The notes: generated by a model not told the origin, from the sequence alone. 64,000 nt of DNA from Squalus acanthias (GCA_030390025.1 CM059433.1:7008001-7072000); one strand, 5' to 3'; positions 29,001-41,551 are shown, counted from the stretch's first letter. A program made the numbers and translations.

Positions 29001-32000
29001 AGGGGGTAATGAGAGTGATCGAGAGGGGTAATGAGAGTGATCGAGGGGGGTAATGAGAGTGATCGAGGGGGTAATGAGAGTGATTCGAGGAGGGTAATTG
29101 AGAGTGAACGAGGGGGGTAATGAGAGTGATCGAGAGGGGGTAATGAGAGTGATCAGAGGGGGTAATGAGAGTGATCGAGGGGGTAATTGAGAGTGATCGA
29201 GGGGGTAATGAGGAGTGATCGAGGGGTAATGAGAGTGATCGACGGGGGGTAATGAGAGTGATCGAGGGGGTAATGAGAGTGATCGAGAGGGGTAATGAGA
29301 GTGATCGAGGGGGGTAATGAGAGTGATCGAGGGGGGTAATGAGAGTGATCGAGGGGGTAATGAGAGTGATCGAGAGGGGTAATGAGAGTGATCGAGGGGG
29401 GTAATGAGAGTGATCGAGGGGGTAATGAGAGTGATCGAGAGGGGTAATGAGAGTGATCGAGGGGGGTAATGAGAGTGATCGAGAGGGGTAATGAGAGTGA
29501 TCGAGGGGGGTAATGAGAGTGATCGAGGGGGGTAATGAGAGTGATCGAGAGGGGGTAATGAGAGTGATCGAGGGGGTAATGAGAGTGATCGAGAGGGGGT
29601 AATGAGAGTGATCGAGGGGGTAATGAGAGTGATCGAGGGGGTAATGAGAGTGATCGAGGGGGGTAATGAGAGTGATCGAGGGGGGTAATGAGAGTGATCA
29701 AGGGGGTAATGAGAGTGATCGAGAGGGGGTAATGAGAGTGATCGAGGGGGTATTGATAGTGATCGAGGGGGGTAATGAGAGTGATCGAGAGGGGGTAATG
29801 AGAGTGATCGAGGGGGTAATGACAGTGATCGAGAGGGTAATGAGAGTGATCGAGGGGGGGTAATGAGAGTGATCGAGGGGGTAATGAGAGTGATCGAGGG
29901 GTAATGAGAGTGATCGAGAGGGTAATGAGAGTGATCGAGGGGGTAATGAGAGTGATCGAGAGGGGGTAATGAGAGTGATCGAGAGGGTAATGAGAGTGAT
30001 CGAGAGGGGGTAATGAGAGTGATCGAGGGGGTAATGACAGTGATCGAGAGGGGTAATGAGAGTGATCGAGGGGGGGTAATGAGAGTGATCGAGGGGGTAA
30101 TGAGAGTGATCGAGGGGGTAATGAGAGTGATCGAGAGGGGGTAATGAGAGTGATCGAGGGGGGTAATGAGAGTGATCGAGGGGGGTAATGAGAGTGATCG
30201 AGGGGGGTAATGAGAGTGATCGAGGGGGTAATGAGAGTGATCGAGGGGGTAATGAGAGTGATCGAGGGGGGTAATGAGAGTGATCGAGGGGGGTAATGAG
30301 AGTGATCGAGGGGGTAATGAGAGTGATCGAGGGGGGTAATGAGAGTGATCGAGAGGGGGTAATGAGAGTGATCGAGGGGGGTAATGAGAGTGATCGAGAG
30401 GGGTAATGAGAGTGATCGAGGGGGGGTAATGAGAGTGATCGAGGGGGGTAATGAGAGTGATCGAGGGGGGTAATGAGAGTGATCGAGGGGGGTAATGAGA
30501 GTGATCGAGGGGGTAATGAGAGTGATCGAGGGGGGTAATGAGAGTGATCGAGGGGGTAATGAGAGTGATCGAGGGGGTAATGAGAGTGATCGAGGGGGTA
30601 ATGAGAGTGATCGAGGGGGTAATGAGAGTGATCGAGGGGGTAATGAGAGTGATCGAGAGGGGTAATGAGAGTGATCGAGAGGGGTAATGAGAGTGATCGA
30701 GAGGGGGTAATGAGAGTGATCGAGGGGGTAATGAGAGTGATCGAGAGGGGGTAATGAGAGTGATCGAGGGGGGTAATGAGAGTGATCGAGAGGGGTAATG
30801 AGAGTGATCGAGAGGGGTAAGAGAGTGATCGAGGGGTAATGAGAGTGATCGAGGGGGGTAAAGAGAGTGATCGAGGGGGGTAATGAGAGTGATCGAGGGG
30901 GTAATGAGAGTGATCGAGGGGGTAATGAGAGTGATCGAGGGGGTAATGAGAGTGATCGAGAGGGGTAATGAGAGTGATCGAGAGGGGTAATGAGAGTGAT
31001 CGAGGGGGGTAATGAGAGTGATCGAGGGGGTAATGAGAGTGATCGAGGGGGGGTAATGAGAGTGATCGAGGGGGGTAATGAGAGTGATCGAGAGGGGTAA
31101 TGAGAGTGATCGGATTCGGGGGGTAATGAGAGTGATCGAGGGGGTAATGAGAGTGATCGAGGGGGTAATGAGAGTGATCGAGAGGGGGTAATGAGAGTGA
31201 TCGAGAGGGGTAATGAGAGTGATCGAGAGGGGTAATGAGAGTGATCGAGGGGGTAATGAGAGTGATCGAGGGGGTAATGAGAGTGATCGAGGGGGGTAAT
31301 GAGAGTGATCGAGGGGGGTAATGACAGTGATCGAGGGGGTAATGAGAGTGATCGAGAAGGGGTAATGAGAGTGATCGAGAGGGGTAATGAGAGTGATCGA
31401 GAGGGGTAATGAGAGTGATCGAGAGGGTAATGACAGTGATCGAGGGGGTAATGAGAGTGATCGAGAAGGGGTAATGAGAGTGATCGAGAGGGGTAATGAG
31501 AGTGATCGAGAGGGGTAATGAGAGTGATCGAGAGGGTAATGAGAGTGATCGAGAGGGGTAATGAGAGTGATCGAGAGGGGTAATGAGAGTGATCGAGGGG
31601 GGTAATGAGAGTGATCGAGAGGGGTAATGAGAGTGATCGAGAGGGTAATGACAGTGATCGAGGGGGTAATGAGAGTGATCGAGAAGGGGTAATGAGAGTG
31701 ATCGAGGGGGGTAATGAGAGTGATCGAGGGGGTAATGAGAGTGATCGAGGGGGTAATGAGAGTGATCGAGGGGGTAATGAGAGTGATCGAGGGGGTAATG
31801 AGAGTGATCGACGGGGGTAATGAGAGTGATCGAGGGGGTAATGAGAGTGATCGAGGGGGGGTAATGAGAGTGATCGAGGGGGGTAATGAGAGTGATCGAG
31901 AGGGGTAATGAGAGTGATCGAGAGGGGGTAATGAGAGTGATCGAGGGGTAATGAGAGTGATCGAGGGGGGTAATGAGAGTGATGAGGGGGTAATGAGAGT

Positions 32001-35000
32001 GATGAGGGGGTAATGAGAGTGATCGAGGGGGGTAATGAGAGTGATCGAGAGGGGTACTGAGAGTGATCGAGGGGTAATGGAGTGATCGAGGGGGTAATGA
32101 GGTGATCGAGGGGGGTAATGAGTGATCGAGAGGGGTAATGAGAGTGATCGAGGGGGTAATGAGAGTGATCGAGAGGGTAATGAGAGTGATCGAGGGGGGT
32201 AATGAGAGTGATCGAGGGGGTAATGAGAGTGATCGAGGGGGTAATGAGAGTGATCGAGGGGGTAATGAGAGTGATCGAGGGGGGTAATGAGAGTGATCGA
32301 GGGGGGTAATGAGAGTGATCGAGGGGGTAATGAGAGTGATCGAGGGGGTAATGAGAGTGATCGAGGGGGGTAATGAGAGTGATCGAGGGGGTAATGAGAG
32401 TGATCGAGGGGGGGTAATGAGAGTGATCGAGGGGGGTAATGAGAGTGATCGAGGGGGTAATGAGAGTGATCGAGGGGGTAATGAGAGTGATCGAGGGGGT
32501 AATGAGAGTGATCGAGGGGGTAATGAGAGTGATCGAGGGGGTTAATGAGAGTGATCGAGGGGGGTAATGAGAGTGATCGAGAGGGGTAATGAGAGTGATC
32601 GAGGGGGTAATGAGAGTGATCGAGGGGGTAATGAGAGTGATCGAGGGGGTAATGAGAGTGATCGAGGGGGTAATGAGAGTGATCGAGGGGGTAATGAGAG
32701 TGATCGAGAGGGTAATGAGAGTGATCGAGAGGGGGTAATGAGAGTGATCGAGAGGGGTAAATGAGAGTGATCGAGGGGGTAATGAGAGTGATCGAGGGGG
32801 TAATGAGAGTGATCGAGGGGTAATGAGAGTGATCGAGGGGGTAATGAGAGTGATCGAGGGGGTAATGAGAGTGATCGAGGGGGGTAATGAGAGTGATCGA
32901 GAGGGGTAATGAGAGTGATCGAGGGGGGTAATGAGAGTGATCGAGGGGGTAATGAGAGTGATCGAGGGGGTAATGAGAGTGATCGAGAGGGGTAATGAGA
33001 GTGATCGAGGGGGTAATGAGAGTGATCGAGGGGGTAATGAGAGTGATCGAGGGGGTAATGAGAGTGATCGAGGGGGGTAATGAGAGTGATCGAGGGGGTA
33101 ATGAGAGTGATCGAGGGGGTAATGAGAGTGATCGAGGGGGTAATGAGAGTGATCGAGGGGGTAATGAGAGTGATCGAGAGGGGTAATGAGAGTGATCGAG
33201 GGGGTAATGAGAGTGATCGAGGGGGTAATGAGAGTGATCGAGGGGGTAATGAGAGTGATCGAGAGGGGTAATGAGAGTGATCGAGGGGGGTAATGAGAGT
33301 GATCGAGAGGGGTAATGAGAGTGATCGAGGGGGTAATGAGAGTGATCGAGGGGGTAATGAGAGTGATCGAGGGGGTAATGAGAGTGATCGAGAGGGTAAT
33401 GAGAGTGATCGAGGGGGTAATGAGAGTGATCGAGGGGGGTAATGAGAGTGATCGAGGGGGTAATGAGAGTGATCGAGGGGGGTAATGAGAGTGATCGAGG
33501 GGGTAATGAGAGTGATCGAGAGGGGTAATGAGAGTGATCGAGAGGGGTAATGAGAGTGATCGAGGGGGTAATGAGAGTGATCGAGAGGGGGTAATGAGAG
33601 TGATCGAGAGGGGTAATGAGAGTGATCGAGGGGGTAATGACAGTGATCGAGGGGGGTAATGAGAGTGATCGAGGGGTAATGAGAGTGATCGAGAGGGGGT
33701 AATGAGAGTGATCGAGAGGGGTAATGAGAGTGATCGAGAGGGGTAATGAGAGTGATCGAGGGGGGTAATGACAGTGATCGAGAGGGGTAATGAGAGTGAT
33801 CGAGGGGGGTAATGAGAGTGATCGAGGGGGTAATGAGAGTGATCGAGGGGGGTAATGAGAGTGATCGAGGGGGTAATGAGAGTGATCGAGGGGGTAATGA
33901 GAGTGATCGAGAGGGGTAATGAGAGTGATCGAGGGGTAATGAGAGTGATCGAGGGGGTAATGAGAGTGATCGAGAGGGTAATGAGAGTGATCGAGGGGGT
34001 AATGAGAGTGATCGAGGGGGGTAATGAGAGTGATCGAGGGGGGTAATGAGAGTGATCGAGAGGGGTAATGAGAGTGATCGAGGGGGTAATGAGAGTGATC
34101 GAGGGGGTAATGAGAGTGATCGAGGGGGGTAATGAGAGTGATCGAGAGGGGTAATGAGAGTGATCGAGGGGGTAATGAGAGTGATCGAGAGGGGTAATGA
34201 GAGTGATCGAGGGGGGTAATGAGAGTGATCGAGGGGTAATGAGAGTGATCGAGGGGGGTAATGAGAGTGATCGAGAGGGGTAATGAGAGTGATCGAGGGG
34301 GTAATGAGAGTGATCGAGGGGTAATGAGAGTGATCGAGGGGTAATGAGAGTGATCGAGGGGGGTAATGAGAGTGATCGCGGGGTAATGGACAGTGATCGA
34401 GAGGGGTAATGAGAGTGATCGAGGGGGTAATGAGAGTGATCGAGGGGGGTAATGAGAGTGATCGAGGGGGGTAATGAGAGTGATCGAGGGGGGTAATGAG
34501 AGTGATCGAGGGGGTAATGAGAGTGATCGAGGGGTAATGAGAGTGATCGTGGGGGTAATGAGAGTGATCGAAGGGGGGTAATGAGAGTGATCGAGGGGGT
34601 AATGAGAGTGATCGAGAGGGGTAATGAGAGTGATCGAGGGGGTAATGAGAGTGATCGAGAGGGGTAATGAGAGTGATCGAGGGGGTAATGAGAGTGATCG
34701 AGAGGGGTAATGAGAGTGATCGAGGGGGTAATGAGAGTGATCGAGAGGGGTAATGAGAGTGATCGAGGGGGTAATGAGAGTGATCGAGGGGGGTAATGAG
34801 AGTGATCGAGGGGGTAATGAGAGTGATCGAGGGGGTAATGAGAGTGATCGAGGGGTAATGAGAGTGATCGAGGGGGTAATGAGAGTGATCGAGGGGGGTA
34901 ATGAGAGTGATCGAGGGGGGTAATGAGAGTGATCGAGGGGGTAATGAGAGTGATCGAGAGGGGTAATGACAGTGATCGAGAGGGGGGGTAATGAGAGTGA

Positions 35001-36902
35001 TCGAGGGGGTAATGAGAGTGATCGAGAGGGGGTAATGAGAGTGATCGAGGGGGTAATGAGAGTGATCGAGAGGGGGTAATGACAGTGATCGAGGGGGGTA
35101 ATGAGAGTGATCGAGGGGGTAATGAGAGCGATCGAGAGGGGGGGTAATGAGAGTGATCGAGGGGGTAATGAGAGTGATCGAGAGGGGTAATGAGAGTGAT
35201 CGAGGGGGTAATGAGAGTGATCGAGGGGGTAATGAGAGTGATCGAGGGGGGGGTAATGAGAGTGATCGAGGGGGGGGTAATGAGAGTGATCGAGGGGGGT
35301 AATGAGAGTGATCGAGGGGGTAATGAGAGTGATCGAGGGGGGGGGTAATGAGAGTGATCGAGGGGGTAATGAGAGTGATCGAGAGGGGTAATGAGAGTGA
35401 TCGAGAGGGGTAATGAGAGTGATCGAGAGGGGTAATGAGAGTGATCGAGGGGGTAATGAGAGTGATCGAGAGGGGTAATGAGAGTGATCGAGGGGGTAAT
35501 GAGAGTGATCGAGAGGGGTAATGAGAGTGATCGAGGGGGTAATGAGAGTGATCGAGGGGGTAATGAGAGTGATCGAGGGGTAATGAGAGTGATCGAGGGG
35601 GTAATGAGAGTGATCGAGAGGGGTAATGACAGTGATCGAGAGGGGGGGTAATGAGAGTGATCGAGGGGGTAATGAGAGTGATCGAGAGGGGTAATGACAG
35701 TGATCGAGAGGGGGGGTAATGAGAGTGATCGAGGGGGTAATGAGAGTGATCGAGAGGGGGTAATGAGAGTGATCGAGGGGGTAATGAGAGTGATCGAGAG
35801 GGGGTAATGACAGTGATCGAGGGGGGTAATGAGAGTGATCGAGGGGGTAATGAGAGCGATCGAGAGGGGGGGTAATGAGAGTGATCGAGGGGGTAATGAG
35901 AGTGATCGAGAGGGGTAATGAGAGTGATCGAGGGGGTAATGAGAGTGATCGAGGGGGTAATGAGAGTGATCGAGGGGGGGGTAATGAGAGTGATCGAGGG
36001 GGGGTAATGAGAGTGATCGAGGGGGGTAATGAGAGTGATCGAGGGGGTAATGAGAGTGATCGAGGGGGGGGGTAATGAGAGTGATCGAGGGGGTAATGAG
36101 AGTGATCGAGAGGGGTAATGAGAGTGATCGAGAGGGGTAATGAGAGTGATCGAGAGGGGTAATGAGAGTGATCGAGGGGGGGTAATGAGAGTGATCGAGG
36201 GGGTAATGAGAGTGATCGAGAGGGGTAATGAGTGTGATCGAGGGGGGTAATGAGAGTGATCGAGAGGGGTAATTAGAGTGATCGAGAGGGGGGTAATGAG
36301 AGTGATCGAGGGGGTAATGAGAGTGATCGAGGGGGTAATGAGAGTGATCGAGAGGGGGTAATGAGAGTGATCGAGGGGGTAATGAGTGTGATCGAGGGGG
36401 GTAATGAGAGTGATCGAGAGGGGTAATGAGTGTGATCGAGGGGGGTAATGAGAGTGATCGAGGGGGGTAATGAGAGTGATCGAGGGGGGTAATGAGAGTG
36501 ATCGAGGTGGTGGTAATGAGAGTGATCGAGGGGGGGTAATGAGAGTGATCGAGAGGGGGGTAATGAGAGTGATCGAGAGGGGTAATGTGAGTGATCGAGA
36601 GGGTAATGAGAGTGATCGAGGGGGTAATGAGAGTGATCGAGGGGGTAATGAGAGTGATCGAGGGGGTAATGAGAGTGATCAAGGGGGTAATGAGAGTGAT
36701 CGAGGGGGTAATGAGAGTGATCGAGAGGGGGTAATGAGAGTGATCGAGAGGGTAATGAGAGTGATCGAGGGTGGTAATGAGAGTGATCAAGGGGGTAATG
36801 AGAGTGATCGAGGGGGTAATGAGAGTGATCGAGGGGGTAATGAGAGTGATCGAGAGGGGGTAATGAGAGTGATCGAGGGGGTAATGAGAGTGATCGAGGG
36901 GG
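8099..36902. repeat. About 28.8-kb G-rich minisatellite/satellite array; unit about 21-23 bp, TAATGAGAGTGATCGA + G-run (often GA-Gn); roughly 1,300 units
   Basis: Directly visible tandem repeat with a near-invariant 16-bp core and a variable G tract; unit count estimated as length divided by about 22. Confidence 0.99.
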
Positions 36903-37209
36903 CAACAACAACTGTTGAGGTGGGGGTTTATCTTTAGTTAACGGGGGTTGAGCACGGTGGCCGGCAGCGTTCTGCATTCTTTGAATGTGGGGTCGGGAAG
37001 AGCATTTCTCCAGGGTTTCCACAGCTTTCCTGCTGAAGTTTCAGTGGTTCAGTGGGAGAACCCCAGCGGAAATTCACCAATTAACTTGTGAATGAGCCAA
37101 AATTTCCTCCAAATGAACATCAAGACAAAAGCCATTAAATGCTGTGATTGATCAAAAACTCCTTTCTCGCTGTTTCATGCAACTACCATGATGGTAGGAG
37201 GCAAACTAT

Positions 37210-37390
37210 TTTCAATTGAAAATTTAAAAACTGAGATTGATGAGATTGTTGTTCGGCAAGTGTATTAAGGGATATGGAGCCAAGGCGGGGAGATGGAGTT
37301 AAGGTACAGATCTGCTGTGATCTAATTGAATGGCGGAACAGGCTGGAGGGGCTGAACGGCCTCCTTCTGTTCCTATGTTCTTATGTTCCA
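37210..37390 (+). mobile_element. CR1 LINE 3' UTR, decayed
   Basis: AAGGGATATGG...ATTGAATGGCGGAACAGGCTGGAGGGGCTGAACGGCC...TTCCTATGTTCTTATG tail. Confidence 0.8.
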
Positions 37391-37964
37391 ATGGACCTTG
37401 GTCTTTTTTCGTTTAGCAATTCCTATGTTCCTATTTTCAAACTTTGCCATAAATGCTGCTCTCTTGTCACTGACTGCATCCCCCTCCCCAACTACTTGCT
37501 CAGCCTGAATCAGGCTGTGTGAAACCTCAGTGTCCAGCCACCTCCATAGCATCGCTTGCACCTGCCTCTCCCTCCCCCTCCCCTTCCCCCTGCCACCATA
37601 ATTCGAGACACTCTTTTATCAATTCCAGCATTTTTCCCAATATTCTCTATTTTGGCATCCCATCCTATAAACTCCAACTTGCCCAACACCCAGCCTCCTG
37701 CCTTCATCTATATCCCCTTTCATCTATCCTCATTCTTAACTTCAAATCTCTCCATTGCCTCACCCTATCCAATCTCCAAAACCTCCTCTCGCCTTATATC
37801 CCCTCCCCTCTTTTTCTATAATTTGTTGGTGTATAATATTTGTCTAATTTTGTTTTTCTGTCTCCTTCCATAATTTCAGTGGGAGGCCAGCGGACCCGTC
37901 AAGTGATCAGCGGGACCAGCTGTTTTCAGTTGGAAAGATTAACTGTAATCATCTGGCAGTGTTC

Positions 37965-38089
37965 TCTGACTATATCTGCTGTGCCTATATGCATCTCTTC
38001 ACTTCACCTGACGAAGGAGCAGCGCTCCGAAAGCTTGTGATTTCAAATAAAGCTGTTGGACTATAACCTGGTGTTGTGCGACCTCTCAC
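37965..38089 (+). mobile_element. Penelope-like element pseudo-LTR fragment
   Basis: Hammerhead core followed by AATAAA and GTTGGACTATAACCTGGTGTTG, the layout typical of vertebrate PLE 3' ends. Confidence 0.7.
38004..38040 (+). ncRNA. Minimal type I hammerhead ribozyme motif
   Basis: Stem I TCAC/GTGA; CTGACGA; extra A; stem II GGAGC-AGC-GCTCC; GAA; palindromic AGCT; H=T. Confidence 0.75.
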
Positions 38090-38094
38090 AGGAT

Positions 38095-38332
38095 AAAGGA
38101 GAGCTCCCCTCATCTTCAAATCGTGCCATGTGATTGTTTATATCCACCTTGAGGAGGCAATCGGCCTGAGTTTAACAGCTCATCTGAAAAACAGTCCCTC
38201 TGATAATGCAGCACTCCCTCAGTACTGCACTGAAGTGTCAGCCCTGATTATGCAGTCCTCTCAGGAGTGGAGCTTGAATCCACAACCTCTAACTCAGAGG
38301 CAAGAGTGCTACCACTGAGCCACGGCTCACAC
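38095..38332 (-). mobile_element. DeuSINE 5' half (tRNA-like head), decayed
   Basis: Ends TGCTACCACTGAGCCACGGCT (reverse complement of the A box); body matches 41320-41551. Confidence 0.8.
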
Positions 38333-38539
38333 CATCTGATAAAAAGTTAATTCAAAGAAATTGAATCCGTAAATAATTTGGCAATAAAATAACGCCAACC
38401 AGCTGACAGCATATTTGCAGAATGTATCCATACGTATTGTCATACATGCTGCATTTTAAAATGAAATTGCACAACTACTTAAGCAGCTTTTAAACAATAA
38501 TGATATATTTTTTAATTAAATTTACTTGTACAGGACATT

Positions 38540-38870
38540 TCATAGAATCATAGAGACTCACAGCACAGAAGGAGGCCATTCAGCCCGTCGTGCCTGTGCT
38601 GGCTCTTTGAAAGAGCATTCATGCTTAGTCCCACATCCCCGCTTTTTGTCCGTAACCCTGTCAGTTCCTCATCCTCCAGTACCTGTCCAACTCCCTTTTC
38701 AGATTATTTATGGAATCAGCTTCCACCACCTTTTCAGGTGGAGCGCTCCAGATCTGAGTGTAAAAAGATTCTCCTCCTCTCCCCTCTAGATCTTTTGCCT
38801 ATGACTTTGAATCTATGACCTCTGGTTATTAACCCACTCGCCAGAGGGAATAACTTTTCTCGACCTACTC
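38540..38870 (-). mobile_element. CR1 LINE 3' fragment, decayed
   Basis: CATAGAATCATAGA tail, GGAGGCCATTCAGCCC hairpin, ATGACCTCTGGTT. Confidence 0.75.
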
Positions 38871-39144
38871 TATAATTTGTAATTATGACCAAAAGGAATG
38901 ATCCTGCGAAGAAGTTAAATTAGTCTGAGATTACTGTCATACGTCTGTGAAATAACAACATAAACAGGAGTTACTGGATGTTTCAGTGAACACAAATCAC
39001 ACCTGAGGATTATTTCTGGGTGCTTTATTATCTTTAATTGGATTTAACATCAATCGCTCCAGCACCATATAAAGATTATGACAAGTACCATGTAGACAGT
39101 CTGTTTGCCTTGGAAATTTCAAGAGATTTGTACTATTGGAGCTG

Positions 39145-40355
39145 CAACAACAACAACTTGTATTTATATAGCGCCTTTAACGTAGGTAAAACATCCCAAG
39201 GCACTGCACAGGAGTTCTATAAGACAAAAAATTTGACACCGAGCCACATAAGGAGATATTAGGGCAGGTGACCAAAAGCTTGGTCAAAGAGGTTGGTTTT
39301 AAGGAGCGTCTTAAAAGGAGGAAAGAGAGGTAGAGAGGCAGACAGGTTTAGGCAGGGAATTCCAGAGCTTAGGGCCCAGGCAACAGAAGGCACGGCCACC
39401 AAAGGTTGAGCGATTATAATCAGGGAAGCTCAAGAGCGCAGAATTAGAGGGGCGCAGATATCTCGGGGGTGTTGTGGGGCTGGAGGAGATTACAGAGATA
39501 TAGGCCCAGAAATTAAACATCGATGGTTCCCGCAGGGGTAAGGATTCCCCGCGATATCGCACTCCACGCCTACCTTTTTGTTTCGGGCCCACATGAACTT
39601 CAGTTTCAGGGCCTCTCCCTGTTGCCAGCGTGCAGTGCTTGCGTGTCCCAGAGGCGCAATTAGTTCGTGCGAGCTCTGGGATCACGTGATTCAGTTAGAG
39701 CCAATGGCAGCACACCATCTTTCATTCATAGTTTTGACAGCAAGGGCTGTCAAAGCTATGAATACTACAAGCCCCCAAAAGAACAGCTAAACCTCAATTA
39801 ATTTTTTTTTAAAAAGCCATCACATTAATAAAATAAGTATAGTTAAATAAATTAACCACTTTAAACAAAAAATTAAATTTTTGAAAAAATTTAAAATCTT
39901 TTTAAAAGTTATAAAAATAAACTTACCTTTCTTTAAAGTCTCTAAAAAAGATAAACCTGTTGAAAATAATTTAAAATAACACTTAATTAACTACTTACCT
40001 TGTTAAAAGGGGGTCCTACGCCTGCTTTCTTTATGTGTAAAATCTTCACCACTTACCTGCGCGTTCAAACCTGAAAAAAAAACTAAGTGCACTGCGTGCG
40101 CACAACCTGTAGTGCGCACACGGTTCACTTAGTAACCGCCCCCTTTGCAATACACGAAGTGCCGGTTTCCCGCGCATGCGCAGTGCATGCAGGAAACCGG
40201 CAATTCGGGACCTAATACGCGAGAGTACACAGTGCGTACTTTCGCGTATTAGGTCTAATTTTCGGGCCATTGGAAGGGGCGAGGCCATGGAGGGATTTGA
40301 AAACAAGGACGAGAATTTTGAAATCGAGGCGCTGCTTAACCGGGAGCCAATGTAG
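39145..40355 (-). mobile_element. L2-clade LINE 3' fragment, interrupted by a MITE
   Basis: Encodes YLRPSNSALL...GGRAFCCLGPKLWNSLP; (CAA)n tail with TATTTATATAGCGCCTT; the sequence resumes at 40269 after the insertion. Confidence 0.85.
39503..40268. mobile_element. Harbinger-type MITE inserted in L2
   Basis: TIRs GGCCCAGAAATTA and TAATTTTCGGGCC; flanks ATA/ATT; AT-rich core; splits a contiguous L2 sequence. Confidence 0.8.
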
Positions 40356-41092
40356 CAATATCCAAGTTCATCATTTCACGGTGACAGTATCTATTTATAC
40401 GAGCTAAAATAATTTCTAATATCATGCGTGTCTGCATGATATTAATTGGGCTTGTTTTTAGTAATTACATATTAAAAAAAGTTATACTCCACTTTCACCT
40501 TCAAAGTTTAACTCTTTAATCCTTTATCCTTTATTCTGCAAGTCTGAAGCCAGCTGTGTCATCACAGCCTCCCCTGCCCCGTTCCTCAGTTGAAAAATCA
40601 AGCAAGCACCTTATTCCTTTACCTCAGTGTGCCACTCCGTAACAGTATAGCTGCAAAGAGGTCGGCGAGAACAACCCAGGACGGCTCTCCGTCTGACCTT
40701 CCCTACCCCCTGTAGGAAGGTGTCCAGCCTCAGTTTTAACACCTTCCCACAACGGCACAGATAAACTTGCAAACTCACCACGTAGGGAATTGTGAGCACA
40801 AATCCCCATCCCATTATTCCGTACCACTGGCCCATCCCAATTAGCTTTACATTGGACATCGACGATAAACAGATACTTTTAAGAGGGTAGTTTTTTCCCC
40901 CCGTTTTATCCACCCTTCCCCAACTCTGCTTTTCATACTTAGTCCCTGTCCCTGTCTGGTCTGATCTACTTCCACAGATATTATGAATAGCTCTCCTGGC
41001 TCAGCTGCTAGACGGTGCGGTGATCATGTGATCAACCTCAACCCGCTGCCAGACTATTGTGTGAAGTTCTGGTCTAATCCTAGTGCCTTTGA

Positions 41093-41551
41093 GAAAAAGA
41101 AAGACTTGCATTTCTATCGACCACCGGATGTCTCAAAGCGCTTTACAGCCAATGAAGTACTTTTGAAGTGGAGTCACTGTTGTAATGTGGGAAACGCAGC
41201 AGCCAATTTGCGCACAGCAAGCTCCCACAAACAGCAATGTGATAAAGACCAGATAATCTGTTTTTGTTATGTTGGTTGAGGGATAAATATTGGCCAGGAC
41301 ACCGGGGATAACTCCCCTGCTCTTCTTCGAAATAGTGCCGTGGGATCTTTTACGTCCACCTGAGAGAGCAGACGGGGCCTCGATTTAACGTCTCATCCGA
41401 AAGACGGCACCTCCGATAGTGCAGCACTCCCTCAGCACTGCACTGGGAGTGTCAGTCTAGATTTTGGTGCTCAAGTCCCTGGAGTGGGACTTAAACCCAC
41501 AACCTTCTGACTCAGAGGCGAATGTGCTACCAACTGAGCCACAGCTGACAC
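41093..41551 (-). mobile_element. Near full-length DeuSINE (SacSINE1-like)
   Basis: tRNA-like head, Deu-domain GGAGGTGCCGTCTTTCGGATGAGACGTTAAA on the minus strand, and (CTTT)n tail. Confidence 0.9.

Noticed and set aside
8123..36790. Giant ORFs (2303, 651, 2545 aa) and the many MRVIEG/NESDRG ORFs as genes
   Set aside because: They are translations of a tandem repeat with frame-shifting unit lengths; there is no domain, splice or promoter evidence.
8099..36902. CRISPR array
   Set aside because: No unique spacers (only G runs), no cas genes, and the context is a vertebrate repeat landscape.
8099..36902. Telomeric repeat, or CENP-B-box satellite paired with the CENP-B-like ORF
   Set aside because: The unit has GGGGTAA but no TTAGGG tandem and no TTCG-N4-A-N2-CGGG box; the CENP-B-like ORF is a TIR-flanked transposase.
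37000..37078. Right TIR partner for the element at 7792
   Set aside because: It pairs better with itself as a short imperfect hairpin than with the 7792 terminus.
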